64,000 nucleotides of DNA, from the IMG/VR virus record IMGVR_UViG_3300012036_000005, positions 1-64,000 of that record, one strand, 5' to 3'. Below are positions 28,453-38,696 of this stretch, piece after piece; positions within the stretch are counted from its first letter, which is position 1; the number at the start of each line of letters is the position of its first letter. Position numbers and translations under genes: made by a program. The DNA is from a virus. Under the pieces are notes generated by a model that was given only the letters and a program-made list of their open reading frames with translations, ran no database searches and was not told where the DNA came from.

Positions 28453-29706
28453 ATGAAGTTAAATGACATTTCAAAACCACTAAGCGCAGCGCAACTGAAT
28501 GAAAACCTCTCAAAGAAATTTGGACAGAGGATTAAGATAGAAACATTTACGCGCGAGCAGCTTGAGAATGTTCGTAATAAGTTACGCACTACACTATCAC
28601 AAATTGAAACAAACGAAAGTTTTGATTCAGTAAACAACGAAGGTTATCAAAAGAATAAGATGTTCCTTGATGTAGTTAACGCTGCAATTAAAGAAATGGA
28701 CGAATCAGATGATAACACTGATACGCCAGATGATAACACCGACGAAAGTCTTAAATTTCATAAAAAGCGTAAGTTCAAAAAGTCACATTCTAATCGTTGG
28801 AAGCATTTTGGTGACGAAGAAGAAAACAATGCCCCTGCAATAGAAGCAAGAGAAGAAAAAGTAGCCAAAAAATCAAATTTTGACGAAAGATCATTAAGGA
28901 GATTGCAAAGAGCTAGAACACTTGACCAAGCACAAGAAATAGCTTTATCAATTATAAATGATCCAGAAAATACAATTAAACCTGAAAAGAAAAAATATTT
29001 TGCAAGACAGATAGAACGAGCAAATAGTCCGTTAAAAATAGTTGACATGTTTTATCAAATGATGCTTTCGGGTGAAGGACTAGGAACAATAGGAACAAGA
29101 GACGGTATGGGAAAATCAACTTATAGAAATAAATTTGAATCTAAAAACCTTAGAGAAGGTGAAGAAGATAAAGCAGAAATTATTATGGCTGCAAAAGATA
29201 TGGTTGACCGACTAACAGGTTGGATGGAAGATACTGCAGAGATGCAGACTGAGTCCATGCTTGAATTAGCAGATGCTATAAGAGACGAACTTGGGTCACA
29301 ACAAAGTGAAGGATTCTCTTCTCAAGTTAAGCCTGCCCTAGAAACACTATATCAAGCAATGGAACAAACTCGTGTAACACTAACACAAGGTGTTGGTTTG
29401 TTAACAGGTGAAACAGATGATATGGGAATGATGGGCGCAGATGACGAAATGGGCGGCGACGATATGGAACCAACAGTTGATGGAGAAGATCCTCTAGCAA
29501 TTGATGGAGAAGATCCATCAGCAGGCGACGAAGATCCGCGAGCAGGCGACGACGAGTTTGGAGCATCTGGTGCAGCAGACGGTGGTAGTGAATTGGCTGG
29601 CCGCCCCAAGAGAGAAAGCCGAGATCGTCGTATGGAAATGAAACGTAAGATGCTTGAATCTTCTCGTAGATTAGGTATGTTGCTAGGTTCAAAAAAAAAC
29701 CGCTAA
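28453..29706 (+). CDS. Putative prohead core/scaffold-like protein
   Basis: Late promoter at ~28417; coiled-coil and acidic; repeated (L/I)xE motifs; D/E/G/M-rich tail; ends at an A9 run. Function inferred. Confidence 0.5.
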   Translation: MKLNDISKPLSAAQLNENLSKKFGQRIKIETFTREQLENVRNKLRTTLSQIETNESFDSVNNEGYQKNKMFLDVVNAAIKEMDESDDNTDTPDDNTDESLKFHKKRKFKKSHSNRWKHFGDEEENNAPAIEAREEKVAKKSNFDERSLRRLQRARTLDQAQEIALSIINDPENTIKPEKKKYFARQIERANSPLKIVDMFYQMMLSGEGLGTIGTRDGMGKSTYRNKFESKNLREGEEDKAEIIMAAKDMVDRLTGWMEDTAEMQTESMLELADAIRDELGSQQSEGFSSQVKPALETLYQAMEQTRVTLTQGVGLLTGETDDMGMMGADDEMGGDDMEPTVDGEDPLAIDGEDPSAGDEDPRAGDDEFGASGAADGGSELAGRPKRESRDRRMEMKRKMLESSRRLGMLLGSKKNR

Positions 29707-30023
29707 GTGAAGGAATTGATACAAACAAAATTTATCAAGTTCTTGAATATTATAAGAATGTAGGTAAGTTAAAGTTATCAATTAAGAAATTAGATATTGT
29801 GATGCGCAACATAGGTGCATCACAATTTAATTATGAAGTTTTCAAAGCAGCATATGATTCCGATACAAAATTACAAGAATTAGTATCTGATTTTGATGAA
29901 AACAATATTACATTGTCTGATGGTAGTGCAGAATTAGAACCAGGTGCAGCTGAAGTTGGATCAGGTGGTGATTCAGTATCAAGTATGGCCCGCCGAGCAA
30001 CTGACCTGGGCGACAAGCTCTAA
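29691..30023 (+). CDS. ORF in the -1 frame of the upstream gene, open from 29670 with no start codon until GTG 29799
   Basis: KKKPLSEGIDTNKIYQVLEYYK...FNYEVFKAAYDSD...VSSMARRAT. Confidence 0.65.
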   Translation, partial: KKKPLSEGIDTNKIYQVLEYYKNVGKLKLSIKKLDIVMRNIGASQFNYEVFKAAYDSDTKLQELVSDFDENNITLSDGSAELEPGAAEVGSGGDSVSSMARRATDLGDKL

Positions 30024-30430
30024 TGAGATTAGTTGAATTATTTGATCGCCCACTTTCTTATACTTGGAAAGAAAAAGCTGAAGACCTCTGGGAAGGTTCT
30101 TTTAGATCGCCGTCGGGTCAACTAGTTTCTTTTATAGCAGAGAAACAAGGAAAAGCATGGGAAGTAGTATTTCATGTTAATCAGTCTCAAAACGTAACAG
30201 GAGAGGGTGACGAGATACCTATCTTTAGCACAGTTTTAAAGATGTTGTTTGAGTTTGCTCAAACAATGGAGCCATGGAAGGTAGTATTTGAATCATCAGA
30301 ACATGAACCATCAAGGGTAAAATTGTACAATGCAATGGTATCTAAATATGCCCGAGCAAACGGATATTCTACAAAGATAAAACAAAAAGGTAGTGGTTCC
30401 TTTGTTTTTGTCTTGGCAAATATTTCTTGA
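30023..30430 (+). CDS. Conserved hypothetical protein
   Basis: MRLVELFD; TG.GD...IFSTV, SR.KLY..MV. Confidence 0.7.
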   Translation: MRLVELFDRPLSYTWKEKAEDLWEGSFRSPSGQLVSFIAEKQGKAWEVVFHVNQSQNVTGEGDEIPIFSTVLKMLFEFAQTMEPWKVVFESSEHEPSRVKLYNAMVSKYARANGYSTKIKQKGSGSFVFVLANIS

Positions 30431-30460
30431 CTTTAGAGTGAAGATCAAGTATAATTATAC

Positions 30461-31177
30461 ATGACATTAATTAACCCTAAATATGATTATGCTAAACTTA
30501 CAAGAGCAACAGTAGAAGGAAAGAGAAAGTACCAAACACCGGATGGTGGCAAGGTATCCTCGGTCACTACTATATTAGATGCTACAAAACCCGAAGAGAG
30601 TCAAGTTGCTTTAGATAACTGGCGTAAGAGGGTAGGGCATCAAAAAGCACAGAGCATAACTACAGAAGCAGCCAATCGCGGAACAAGAATGCACAAGTAT
30701 CTTGAAGACTATGTAGATACAGGTATATGGCCAGAGGCTGGTTCTAATCCTTTTGCAAAACAATCACATATGATGGCAACTATTGTAAAAGAGCAAGCAT
30801 TATCTTATGTTGATGAGATATGGGGGTCGGAGGTTGCTCTTTATGTTCCTCAGATTTATGCAGGAACAACTGACCTAGTTGGAATTTACAAAGGTAATCC
30901 TGCTATAATGGATTTTAAGCAATCAAATAAAATTAAAAAAGCAGAATGGATACAAGACTACTATTTGCAGATTTCTTTATATATCGAAGCACACAATGAC
31001 ATGTTTGGAACAGACATCAAGCACGGACATATATTCATGTGTGTACAAGATGGAACATATCAACAGTTTGACTTATCGCCTGCCCCTGATCCACATTTCG
31101 GCAGAACATATGAGGATTGGAGATATATTGCATTAGATCGCGTTTATCAATATTATGAAAAATTTAGTAAAAAATAA
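30461..31177 (+). CDS. PD-(D/E)XK exonuclease (Cas4/YqaJ-like)
   Basis: SVTTIL, RGT.MH, E..L....YAGTTDL, IMDFKQS, Y.LQ...Y; TTGACT-N17-TATAAT at 30427-30455. Confidence 0.9.
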   Translation: MTLINPKYDYAKLTRATVEGKRKYQTPDGGKVSSVTTILDATKPEESQVALDNWRKRVGHQKAQSITTEAANRGTRMHKYLEDYVDTGIWPEAGSNPFAKQSHMMATIVKEQALSYVDEIWGSEVALYVPQIYAGTTDLVGIYKGNPAIMDFKQSNKIKKAEWIQDYYLQISLYIEAHNDMFGTDIKHGHIFMCVQDGTYQQFDLSPAPDPHFGRTYEDWRYIALDRVYQYYEKFSKK

Positions 31178-31216
31178 CGCATAAATATGTTATGAAACAT
31201 ACTAAGGAGAAATAAA

Positions 31217-32842
31217 GTGGCTGTCGTTCAAATCTCAAGGATACAAGTTCGTAGAGGGCAAAAGAATGCAGGTTCTGGATTGCCACAACTTGCAAGTGGA
31301 GAACTTGGTTGGGCAATTGATACCCAACAACTTTATATAGGTAACGGATCTGTTAGCGAAGGTGCGCCTGCTGTTGGTAATACCGAAATATTAACTACAA
31401 ATACTGATATATTTTCTTTAATTGATACGTACACATACGATGCAGACGATTTAATAGTTCAAACCGGCAGCACTCCTACTAATCCAATTGCAAGAACATT
31501 ACAAGATAGGTTAGATGATAGAGTTTCGGTTCGTTCATTTGGAGCAACAGGAGATGGATCGGATCAAACAGAAGCTTTTCAACGGGCAATAGATCAACTC
31601 TTTATAAACACGGCTACAAAAGGCAATGCATCAAGTAGACTTATATTACACATTGAACCCGGAGAATACTTAATATCCGAAACTATCTATGTCCCTCCTT
31701 ATGCTAACATCGTTGGAGCAGGAAAAGACAAGACTATAATAAATGGTGCTAACAATATCACTGTTTTTCAAACAGTAAATTCAACCTCTGTTCCGGGTAG
31801 TCCTGCACTTGATGCTACTAGCACCACACTCAATCAAGCAAAATATATTAATATGTCGGGCTTAACTATAAACACAGTTGGAGATGAAGCCAAGGGGTTG
31901 GTTTTAGAAAGTTGCACAGATTCAATATTTCATGATATGAAAATAACAGGTGATTGGGAAAGTGGTGATGCTGTTTCAATAACAGGCATTGGTATAAATT
32001 TGAAATCACTTTCAACTCCTGTTACTTGTACTCGTAATAGATTCTCTAATATAGAAATTGTTGGATTTTCATATGGAGTTGAATCAAGATATGACATAAC
32101 CAATAATACATTTGAAGATTGTGTTTTTCAAACATTAGGGCAAGGTGTAACATTTGGAAGAAATACAAACGGGGGTGTAAGCGGACAATTTACAGGACCA
32201 CTTAATAACACAATAACAAATACCGAATTTAGAGATATAGATCAAACAGCACTTCGAGTTATCAATGGAAAGTATAATTTAAGTGAAGGTAACCATTATT
32301 ATGATATAGGCAACGACGGTGGTACAGAAGCCAGTGCTATATATTCTGTTATAGAATTTAATGATCCAACTAACAGTTCAGCAAATGATCATATTTCTAG
32401 ATTTGCATCTCTTTCAGTTGACGGTACTTATATTAACGATCCTTTTGTTCCAGATCTAGCAGGAGATGCTATAGTTGAACAGGGGTTCGTAAATAACGCA
32501 ACAATTGTTCAAACCGGAGCAGGAACTACTATATTTAGGCTACCAGCAGATTCAGACAAGTCATACGAAGTAGATTACATTTATAGATCCAATCAAGTTG
32601 ATGCTTTAAGAAGAGGAACTTTACGATTTACAGTAGATTATTCGGAATCAACAGTTGAGATAGCAGAAGAATATGAGTATAATGGTAATTCAGCATACTT
32701 GACTTCTCTTTCATTTAATGCGTCGTTGACAGATGAAGATTCTGATGCTAGTATAGATACACTTGTAGTAACTTATGAAAACACTGTGACATCGGATACT
32801 GCAAATTTTTGGTTTAAGGTAAAGACTTATTCATTGTCATAA
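31217..32842 (+). CDS. Tail fibre/spike-like protein: Mtd_N/hyaluronidase-like N-terminus plus pectate-lyase-type beta-helix
   Basis: IQVRRG..LPQLASGELGWAIDT..LYIGNG; SVRSFGATGDG.D.T.AFQRAI; PGEY. Confidence 0.8.
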   Translation: MAVVQISRIQVRRGQKNAGSGLPQLASGELGWAIDTQQLYIGNGSVSEGAPAVGNTEILTTNTDIFSLIDTYTYDADDLIVQTGSTPTNPIARTLQDRLDDRVSVRSFGATGDGSDQTEAFQRAIDQLFINTATKGNASSRLILHIEPGEYLISETIYVPPYANIVGAGKDKTIINGANNITVFQTVNSTSVPGSPALDATSTTLNQAKYINMSGLTINTVGDEAKGLVLESCTDSIFHDMKITGDWESGDAVSITGIGINLKSLSTPVTCTRNRFSNIEIVGFSYGVESRYDITNNTFEDCVFQTLGQGVTFGRNTNGGVSGQFTGPLNNTITNTEFRDIDQTALRVINGKYNLSEGNHYYDIGNDGGTEASAIYSVIEFNDPTNSSANDHISRFASLSVDGTYINDPFVPDLAGDAIVEQGFVNNATIVQTGAGTTIFRLPADSDKSYEVDYIYRSNQVDALRRGTLRFTVDYSESTVEIAEEYEYNGNSAYLTSLSFNASLTDEDSDASIDTLVVTYENTVTSDTANFWFKVKTYSLS

Positions 32843-32843
32843 T

Positions 32844-33254
32844 ATGTTTAATGAAATTGACTACTACAGTCGATTAAAAAGTTGGAATGAACTTCGAGCT
32901 TCGCTTGAAGATTCTGACGACCCCTTTGGAGATCTCCAAAGGTTCTATAAGGAAGCGCCGCTTATTTCAATGGCAGCAGATCCTTATGATAAACTTTCTT
33001 GGCCTGATCCCTGGGAACAGATCGAGGAAAATATTTATTGTCCTTTTACGGTAGTACTGGCGATGTATTATAGTCTCCAGTTAAGTCGTCGCTTTAGTGA
33101 TAGTAAATTTGAGATACATATAGGTACGGATGGAAACAAAGAACAGATTTTGTATTTCTTGCGTGTGAACGGCCGACCAATTGGATTATGGGATGATGAA
33201 GATGTGCAAACAGTTATATCACAAGAAGTTCACATCATGCCTTCGTCCCTATAA
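32844..33254 (+). CDS. Conserved hypothetical protein
   Basis: RL..W...R, AP, WP.PWE.I.EN.YC. Confidence 0.7.
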   Translation: MFNEIDYYSRLKSWNELRASLEDSDDPFGDLQRFYKEAPLISMAADPYDKLSWPDPWEQIEENIYCPFTVVLAMYYSLQLSRRFSDSKFEIHIGTDGNKEQILYFLRVNGRPIGLWDDEDVQTVISQEVHIMPSSL

Positions 33255-33284
33255 ATAACCAGCTAATTTAAAATAGGAGATAAA

Positions 33285-35588
33285 ATGTCTGACGGAATTA
33301 TGATCATTAAAAGAGACGGATCAAAGGAACCTTTAAATATTGATAAGATACACTTTGTTGTTGACGAAGCTACTAAAGGACTAGCCGGAGTTTCAGCTTC
33401 ACAAATTGAAATGAATGCAAATCTACAATTTTACGATGGAATGACAACAAAAGAAATACAAGAAATACTAGTTCGATCTGCTAATGATCTAATATCATTA
33501 GATAATCCAAACTATCAATACGCAGCCTCAAGGCTGCTTCTTTATGGAACATATAAAGAAGTTTTTGGTGGATATCAAACAATTAGCTTGCGAGAAGTAA
33601 TTGAAGACAATATACTAAGGGAAGTATACGATAAAAAAATACTTGAACTATACGATGATGTTGAACTAAAAAGATTAAACTCGTATATAAATCATAAAAG
33701 AGACGAAAACTTTACATATGCAGGATTGAGACAAGTAGTTGACAAATACCTAGTTCAGGATCGATCAACTGGGCAAGTATTTGAAACTCCTCAATATATG
33801 TACATGATGATAGCAGCAACTCTTTTCTCTGGGTATCCCAAAGAAGAACGTATGCAATTAGTAAAAAGGTACTACGATGCAACCTCATTATTTAAGATTA
33901 ACATACCAACTCCTGTCATGGCCGGAGTCCGTACTCCAATTCGTCAGTTCGCTAGTTGTGTCTTGGTTGACAGCGATGATACCCTTAATAGTATCTTTTC
34001 TAGTGATATGGCTATCGGTAGGTATACAGCACAACGGGCCGGCATTGGTATCAACGCGGGACGAATTAGAGGCGTCAATTCGAAGATCAGAAACGGAGAA
34101 ATAGCACATACAGGTGTTGTCCCGTTTCTAAAGAAATTTGAAGCCACTGTTCGTTGTTGTACTCAAAATGGAGTAAGAGGTGGTTCGGCCACTGTTCATT
34201 TCCCAATTTGGCATCAAGAAATTGAAGATATACTTGTATTAAAGAATAACAAAGGAACAGAAGATAATCGAGTAAGAAAGCTAGACTATTCGATACAATT
34301 AAACAAAACTATGTATGAACGCCTCCTAACAGGAGGTGATATCACCTTGTTCTCACCACATGATGTTCCAGACCTATATGAAGCATACTTTGGTGATCCT
34401 AATGTGTTTAAGGAATTGTATGAATCTTATGAAAGAAAAATTTCAATAAAGAAAAGAAAAATTTCTGCAATGAAATTATTTTCTGAATTAATGAAAGAGA
34501 GAGCTGAAACAGGTCGAATTTATATAATGAATGTCGATCATTGTAATACACATTCTTCTTTTGTTGATAAAATCTACATGTCAAATCTTTGCCAAGAAAT
34601 AACTTTACCAACAAAGCCATTACAGCATATAGATGATCCAGAAGGAGAGATTGCACTTTGTATTCTCTCTGCTATCAATGTTGGATTGTTAAAGGATATT
34701 TCTGAATTAGAAGATTTGTGTGATATAGGAGTAAGGGCACTTGAAGAGATAATTGATTATCAAAAATATCCAATCCTGGCAGCAGAAATATCAACTAAGA
34801 AACGCCGTTCTCTAGGAATAGGTTATATAGGATTGGCACATTATCTAGCCAAGAACAAAGTTAAGTATTCAGATCCAAAGGCATGGGAGTCTGTACATGA
34901 GCTAACAGAAGCTTTTCAATATTATCTACTCAAAGCATCTAACAAGTTAGCTAAGGAAAGGGGACCTTGTGAAGGTTATAACCAAACCAAATACTCACAA
35001 GGATTACTACCAATTGATCATTACAAAAAGGATTTAGATAATGTCGTACCAAATACACTCAGATTTGATTGGGAGCAGCTTCGTTCGGACATTCAAGAGT
35101 CGGGATTACGGCACTCAACATTGTCAGCACAGATGCCATCGGAGAGCAGTTCCGTTGTGTCGAATGCAACAAACGGAATTGAACCGCCGCGCGGATACTT
35201 GTCCGTTAAGAAGTCAAAAAAAGGCCCTCTTAAACAGATTGTTCCACAATATCAAACTCTTCGTAACTACTATACATTGTTATGGGAAATGCCCTCCAAC
35301 GAAGGATACATCAACATTGTTGCCGTCATGCAAAAGTTCTTTGACCAAAGTATCTCAGGAAACTGGAGTTACAATCCAACACAATTCGAAAACAACGAAG
35401 TACCAATGTCCGTAATGATGAAAGACTTGTTACAAACCTATAAATTAGGATGGAAGACTTCTTATTACTTAAACACTTATGATTATAAAACTGATGATGA
35501 AATAGTATTTGAAGAAGAAAAGATAGCTGTTCCTTTAAAATTAGAAATAATGGAAGATGCAGAAGATTGTGAAGCTTGTAATATATAA
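33285..35588 (+). CDS. nrdA: Ribonucleotide reductase class Ia alpha subunit with ATP cone
   Basis: IKRDG ATP cone, QFASCVL, SNLCQEI, MPSESSS, NGIEP, KTSYY, C-terminal CEAC; TATAAATA at 33250. Confidence 0.98.
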   Translation: MSDGIMIIKRDGSKEPLNIDKIHFVVDEATKGLAGVSASQIEMNANLQFYDGMTTKEIQEILVRSANDLISLDNPNYQYAASRLLLYGTYKEVFGGYQTISLREVIEDNILREVYDKKILELYDDVELKRLNSYINHKRDENFTYAGLRQVVDKYLVQDRSTGQVFETPQYMYMMIAATLFSGYPKEERMQLVKRYYDATSLFKINIPTPVMAGVRTPIRQFASCVLVDSDDTLNSIFSSDMAIGRYTAQRAGIGINAGRIRGVNSKIRNGEIAHTGVVPFLKKFEATVRCCTQNGVRGGSATVHFPIWHQEIEDILVLKNNKGTEDNRVRKLDYSIQLNKTMYERLLTGGDITLFSPHDVPDLYEAYFGDPNVFKELYESYERKISIKKRKISAMKLFSELMKERAETGRIYIMNVDHCNTHSSFVDKIYMSNLCQEITLPTKPLQHIDDPEGEIALCILSAINVGLLKDISELEDLCDIGVRALEEIIDYQKYPILAAEISTKKRRSLGIGYIGLAHYLAKNKVKYSDPKAWESVHELTEAFQYYLLKASNKLAKERGPCEGYNQTKYSQGLLPIDHYKKDLDNVVPNTLRFDWEQLRSDIQESGLRHSTLSAQMPSESSSVVSNATNGIEPPRGYLSVKKSKKGPLKQIVPQYQTLRNYYTLLWEMPSNEGYINIVAVMQKFFDQSISGNWSYNPTQFENNEVPMSVMMKDLLQTYKLGWKTSYYLNTYDYKTDDEIVFEEEKIAVPLKLEIMEDAEDCEACNI

Positions 35589-35640
35589 TTCTTGACAAAT
35601 TGCACAAAGACGTTATTATAAACTATAAGAAGGAACAAGA

Positions 35641-36744
35641 ATGGGTAAAACTGTATTCAATACTAATAAGGTAGATTTCACTAAACAACATATGTTCTTT
35701 GGTGAAGATCAAAATACACAAAGATATGATACATTTAAGTTTCCAGTATACGACAAGTTAAATCAAACTATGCTTGGATATTTCTGGAGACCTGAAGAAG
35801 TAAGTTTACAAAAAGACAGAGCAGACTATCAAAGTTTTCGTCCTGAACAAAAACACATATTTACTGCTAATTTGAAGTATCAAACCCTTCTAGACAGCGT
35901 GCAGGGTCGGGGACCATGCCTAGCATTCCTCCCTCACGTTTCGTTACCAGAGCTAGAAGGATGCATCGTCACTTGGGATTTCTTTGAGACGATCCACTCA
36001 CGTTCATACACGCATATAATGAAAAACATCTATGCGGATCCGAGTGAGGTGTTTGATACTATACTTGATGACCAAGAGATACTAAAACGAGCAGCCAGTG
36101 TTACTAAAAATTATGATACCTTTACTAACACAGCTGATGAATGGTTTCACCACGGTCGAGGGTCATTGCACGAAGTAAAAAAGAAACTTTACCTTGCAAT
36201 GATGAATGTAAATATTCTCGAAGGATTGCGATTTTATGTTTCTTTTGCATGTACTTTTGCATTCGGAGAACTTAAAATAATGGAAGGTTCAGCTAAGATC
36301 ATTTCTCTTATAGCAAGAGATGAAGCACAACATTTGGCACTAAGCACACACATTCTTAAGAATTGGTCACAAGGTAAAGATGATCCCGAAATGGTTGAGA
36401 TCGCAAAAGAATGTCGTGAAGAAGTAATTGAAATGTGGAAAAATTGTGTGCTTGAAGAAAAGGCTTGGGCAAAACATCTTTTTAAGGATGGTTCAATAAT
36501 TGGATTAAATGAAACATTGTTGCATCAATATGTAGAATATATTGCCAATAGAAGATTAAAAGCATTAGGATACGAAGCAATATTTGATGCACCTGTTAAT
36601 ACAAATCCATTGCCATGGACTCAACATTGGTTAAGTTCAAGTGGATTACAAGTGGCTCCACAAGAAACAGAAGTCGAATCTTATATTATCGGCGGCATTA
36701 AACAAGACGTTAGCGGAGATACTTGGAAAGGATTTGAACTATGA
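35641..36744 (+). CDS. nrdB: Ribonucleotide reductase class Ia beta subunit
   Basis: FWRPEE, LDSVQGR, ETIHSRSY, LEG.RFY.SF, RDEAQH, VAPQE.E..SY. Confidence 0.98.
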   Translation: MGKTVFNTNKVDFTKQHMFFGEDQNTQRYDTFKFPVYDKLNQTMLGYFWRPEEVSLQKDRADYQSFRPEQKHIFTANLKYQTLLDSVQGRGPCLAFLPHVSLPELEGCIVTWDFFETIHSRSYTHIMKNIYADPSEVFDTILDDQEILKRAASVTKNYDTFTNTADEWFHHGRGSLHEVKKKLYLAMMNVNILEGLRFYVSFACTFAFGELKIMEGSAKIISLIARDEAQHLALSTHILKNWSQGKDDPEMVEIAKECREEVIEMWKNCVLEEKAWAKHLFKDGSIIGLNETLLHQYVEYIANRRLKALGYEAIFDAPVNTNPLPWTQHWLSSSGLQVAPQETEVESYIIGGIKQDVSGDTWKGFEL

Positions 36745-37139
36745 TTGGTAACTGGAATAAGATAAAAAATACTTTAGTAGTGGATTTAGAACAAGATAGA
36801 AGAAAACCATTTTTAGAAGTATTAGATCTTTATATGGAAAAGGTAAAACTACAAACTAATAATGAGTATGATTTGAATTTGCTTCATAAGATTTTCATTC
36901 CAGTAATGCGAGTTGCATACGGGAAGATAGATGATGTAATGGATCCTGAAGAATTTTTTAAATTAACACTTGAAACGATTAAAATAGAAAAAGTACCAAC
37001 ACCTACATTAGGTGACCATAAATTTGAAATTTTTGAGGAAGATGATCTTCCTCAACCTAAACCTGATGAAAATTTAATATCCAAACAATTAGGTGAGATA
37101 GCAAATACCATTATTTTTAGAGCTAACAGGAGATCTTAA
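36741..37139 (+). CDS. Hypothetical protein
   Basis: ORF coupled to nrdB. Confidence 0.6.
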   Translation: MIGNWNKIKNTLVVDLEQDRRKPFLEVLDLYMEKVKLQTNNEYDLNLLHKIFIPVMRVAYGKIDDVMDPEEFFKLTLETIKIEKVPTPTLGDHKFEIFEEDDLPQPKPDENLISKQLGEIANTIIFRANRRS

Positions 37140-37384
37140 TGGATACTATTATATGGACAAAGAAACATTGTCCTTTTTGTGTAAGAGCAAAAGAATTATT
37201 CGATAGTAAAAAAATTGAATATGAAGAACGTGTAATTGGTGAGCAATGGACGCGTGATCAGCTATTAGAAGCGGCACCAGAAGCTAAAACTGTGCCTCAG
37301 ATATGGCTTAGAGGAAAATACATAGGTGGATATGATGATCTACAACAGTATTATGAAGACCACAATATGTGGGGAGAAAATTAA
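37139..37384 (+). CDS. Glutaredoxin
   Basis: CPFC, TVPQI, IGGY; next to nrdAB. Confidence 0.95.
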   Translation: MDTIIWTKKHCPFCVRAKELFDSKKIEYEERVIGEQWTRDQLLEAAPEAKTVPQIWLRGKYIGGYDDLQQYYEDHNMWGEN

Positions 37385-37672
37385 TTGATAATTGAAAAGA
37401 AATTTGCAACAAACGACACTGTTTCTATAAAGCTTTCGTCTGGGGAAGAAATCGTTGGACGATTTGTGTCTATGTCAGATTCAGAAGTTATAATAAGCAA
37501 ACCAATGAGTTTACTTGCTACACAAAACGGAATGGGGCTTTCCCCATTTATGTTTACAGTTTCGATGGATAATAAATTTCCATTTAATCGAAATTTAATT
37601 TCAGTAATGATTCCAACGGAATCTAATATGGCTAGTCAATATATTGAACAAACATCTGGATTAAAGTTCTAA
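37385..37672 (+). CDS. Sm-like-fold phage protein
   Basis: SIKL.SGEEIVG, KP, Y...TSG. Confidence 0.65.
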   Translation: MIIEKKFATNDTVSIKLSSGEEIVGRFVSMSDSEVIISKPMSLLATQNGMGLSPFMFTVSMDNKFPFNRNLISVMIPTESNMASQYIEQTSGLKF

Positions 37673-38383
37673 ATGGCCGATCCGATAGAGTTACCAAGTT
37701 TTGTATCTGAGGGGATAGCTTCTCTCGAAACAGGTACAGAATCTTTGTGCAAAGCAACTTCTAATTTTTGTCAATTTGGTAGCACTCTAAATTCTTTATT
37801 ACCTGATCTACCAGACTTTAGTCAAATAACAGCAGCAATAGAAGAAGCTATGGGAGCCGCATCTACAGCAATTGGTACCATTACAAAAGCCATAAATGAT
37901 GCCCTTGCACCGGTTTATGAAATAATTGATCAAATTAATACTGCAATAGAAAATGCAATTGGAGCAGTGGCTGATGCACTTTCTGCAGCCGGTAGTGCAA
38001 TAATGGATACTCTTGGTTCTGCATTTGAAACTTTCAATGCCGCAATAGCAAGTCTTACTGGAGCAGTTCAAGGGGTAATTGATTTAGCTGTAGGTGAGCT
38101 TTCAAATCTAGTTTCTAATATAAAAATATCAACTTGTGAAGAAGCTGCTTCGTCAGTTGCTAGTATCCCAGAAGGTGCAAGTGGATTTATTGACGAGATT
38201 TCTAATGGGATAGCAGGCGGAATTGATTCCTTTAGTTCTAATTTTGGGCCCGGAGTTGAATCAGCACTGTTAGGTAGCAGTACATCAATTAATAATGCTA
38301 CTTCAACCGCTTCTTCGGCATCTGAAACAGTTATCGTAGAGATTGCCGATCAATTGTCAGCTTTGGGATCATTAATAATATGA
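37673..38383 (+). CDS. Ala/Ser-rich helical protein upstream of PAAR, probably virion/baseplate-associated
   Basis: Composition and position. Confidence 0.55.
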   Translation: MADPIELPSFVSEGIASLETGTESLCKATSNFCQFGSTLNSLLPDLPDFSQITAAIEEAMGAASTAIGTITKAINDALAPVYEIIDQINTAIENAIGAVADALSAAGSAIMDTLGSAFETFNAAIASLTGAVQGVIDLAVGELSNLVSNIKISTCEEAASSVASIPEGASGFIDEISNGIAGGIDSFSSNFGPGVESALLGSSTSINNATSTASSASETVIVEIADQLSALGSLII

Positions 38384-38688
38384 GTTTTAGACCCACAGCA
38401 AGGCTAGGAGATAGAACACATGGAGTCTGTTATGCACATGATAGTCCCTTAACAGTTGGTGGTACTATCATAACAGCTTCCCCTAATGTTTTTACAAACA
38501 ACAGAGGTACTGCTCGAATTGGAGATATTGTTTTAGCTGACTGCGGTCATCAAAGTTCAATAATAACAGGATCGCCTACAGTTTTAGCAAATAATAGACT
38601 TGTTGCTCGAATTGGAGACAAGACTGATGGATCACCATATGACGCAGAAATTATAACTGCATCACCCGATACATTTAAAGAACCATAA
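38380..38688 (+). CDS. PAAR-repeat spike-tip protein
   Basis: Three ARLGD/ARIGD repeats, CGH, GSP.V. Confidence 0.9.
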   Translation: MSFRPTARLGDRTHGVCYAHDSPLTVGGTIITASPNVFTNNRGTARIGDIVLADCGHQSSIITGSPTVLANNRLVARIGDKTDGSPYDAEIITASPDTFKEP

Positions 38689-38696
38689 GAGGAAAA

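Noticed and set aside
29327-29728. Antisense ORFs over the core-like gene, and similar shadow ORFs across the track
   Set aside because: Opposite-strand or off-frame shadows of well-supported genes; no motifs or RBS
30461-31177. Cas4 as evidence of a CRISPR system
   Set aside because: Stand-alone PD-(D/E)XK exonuclease common in T4-like phages; lacks the Cas4 cysteine cluster
33285-36744. Introns or inteins in nrdA/nrdB
   Set aside because: Both are continuous and of normal class Ia length
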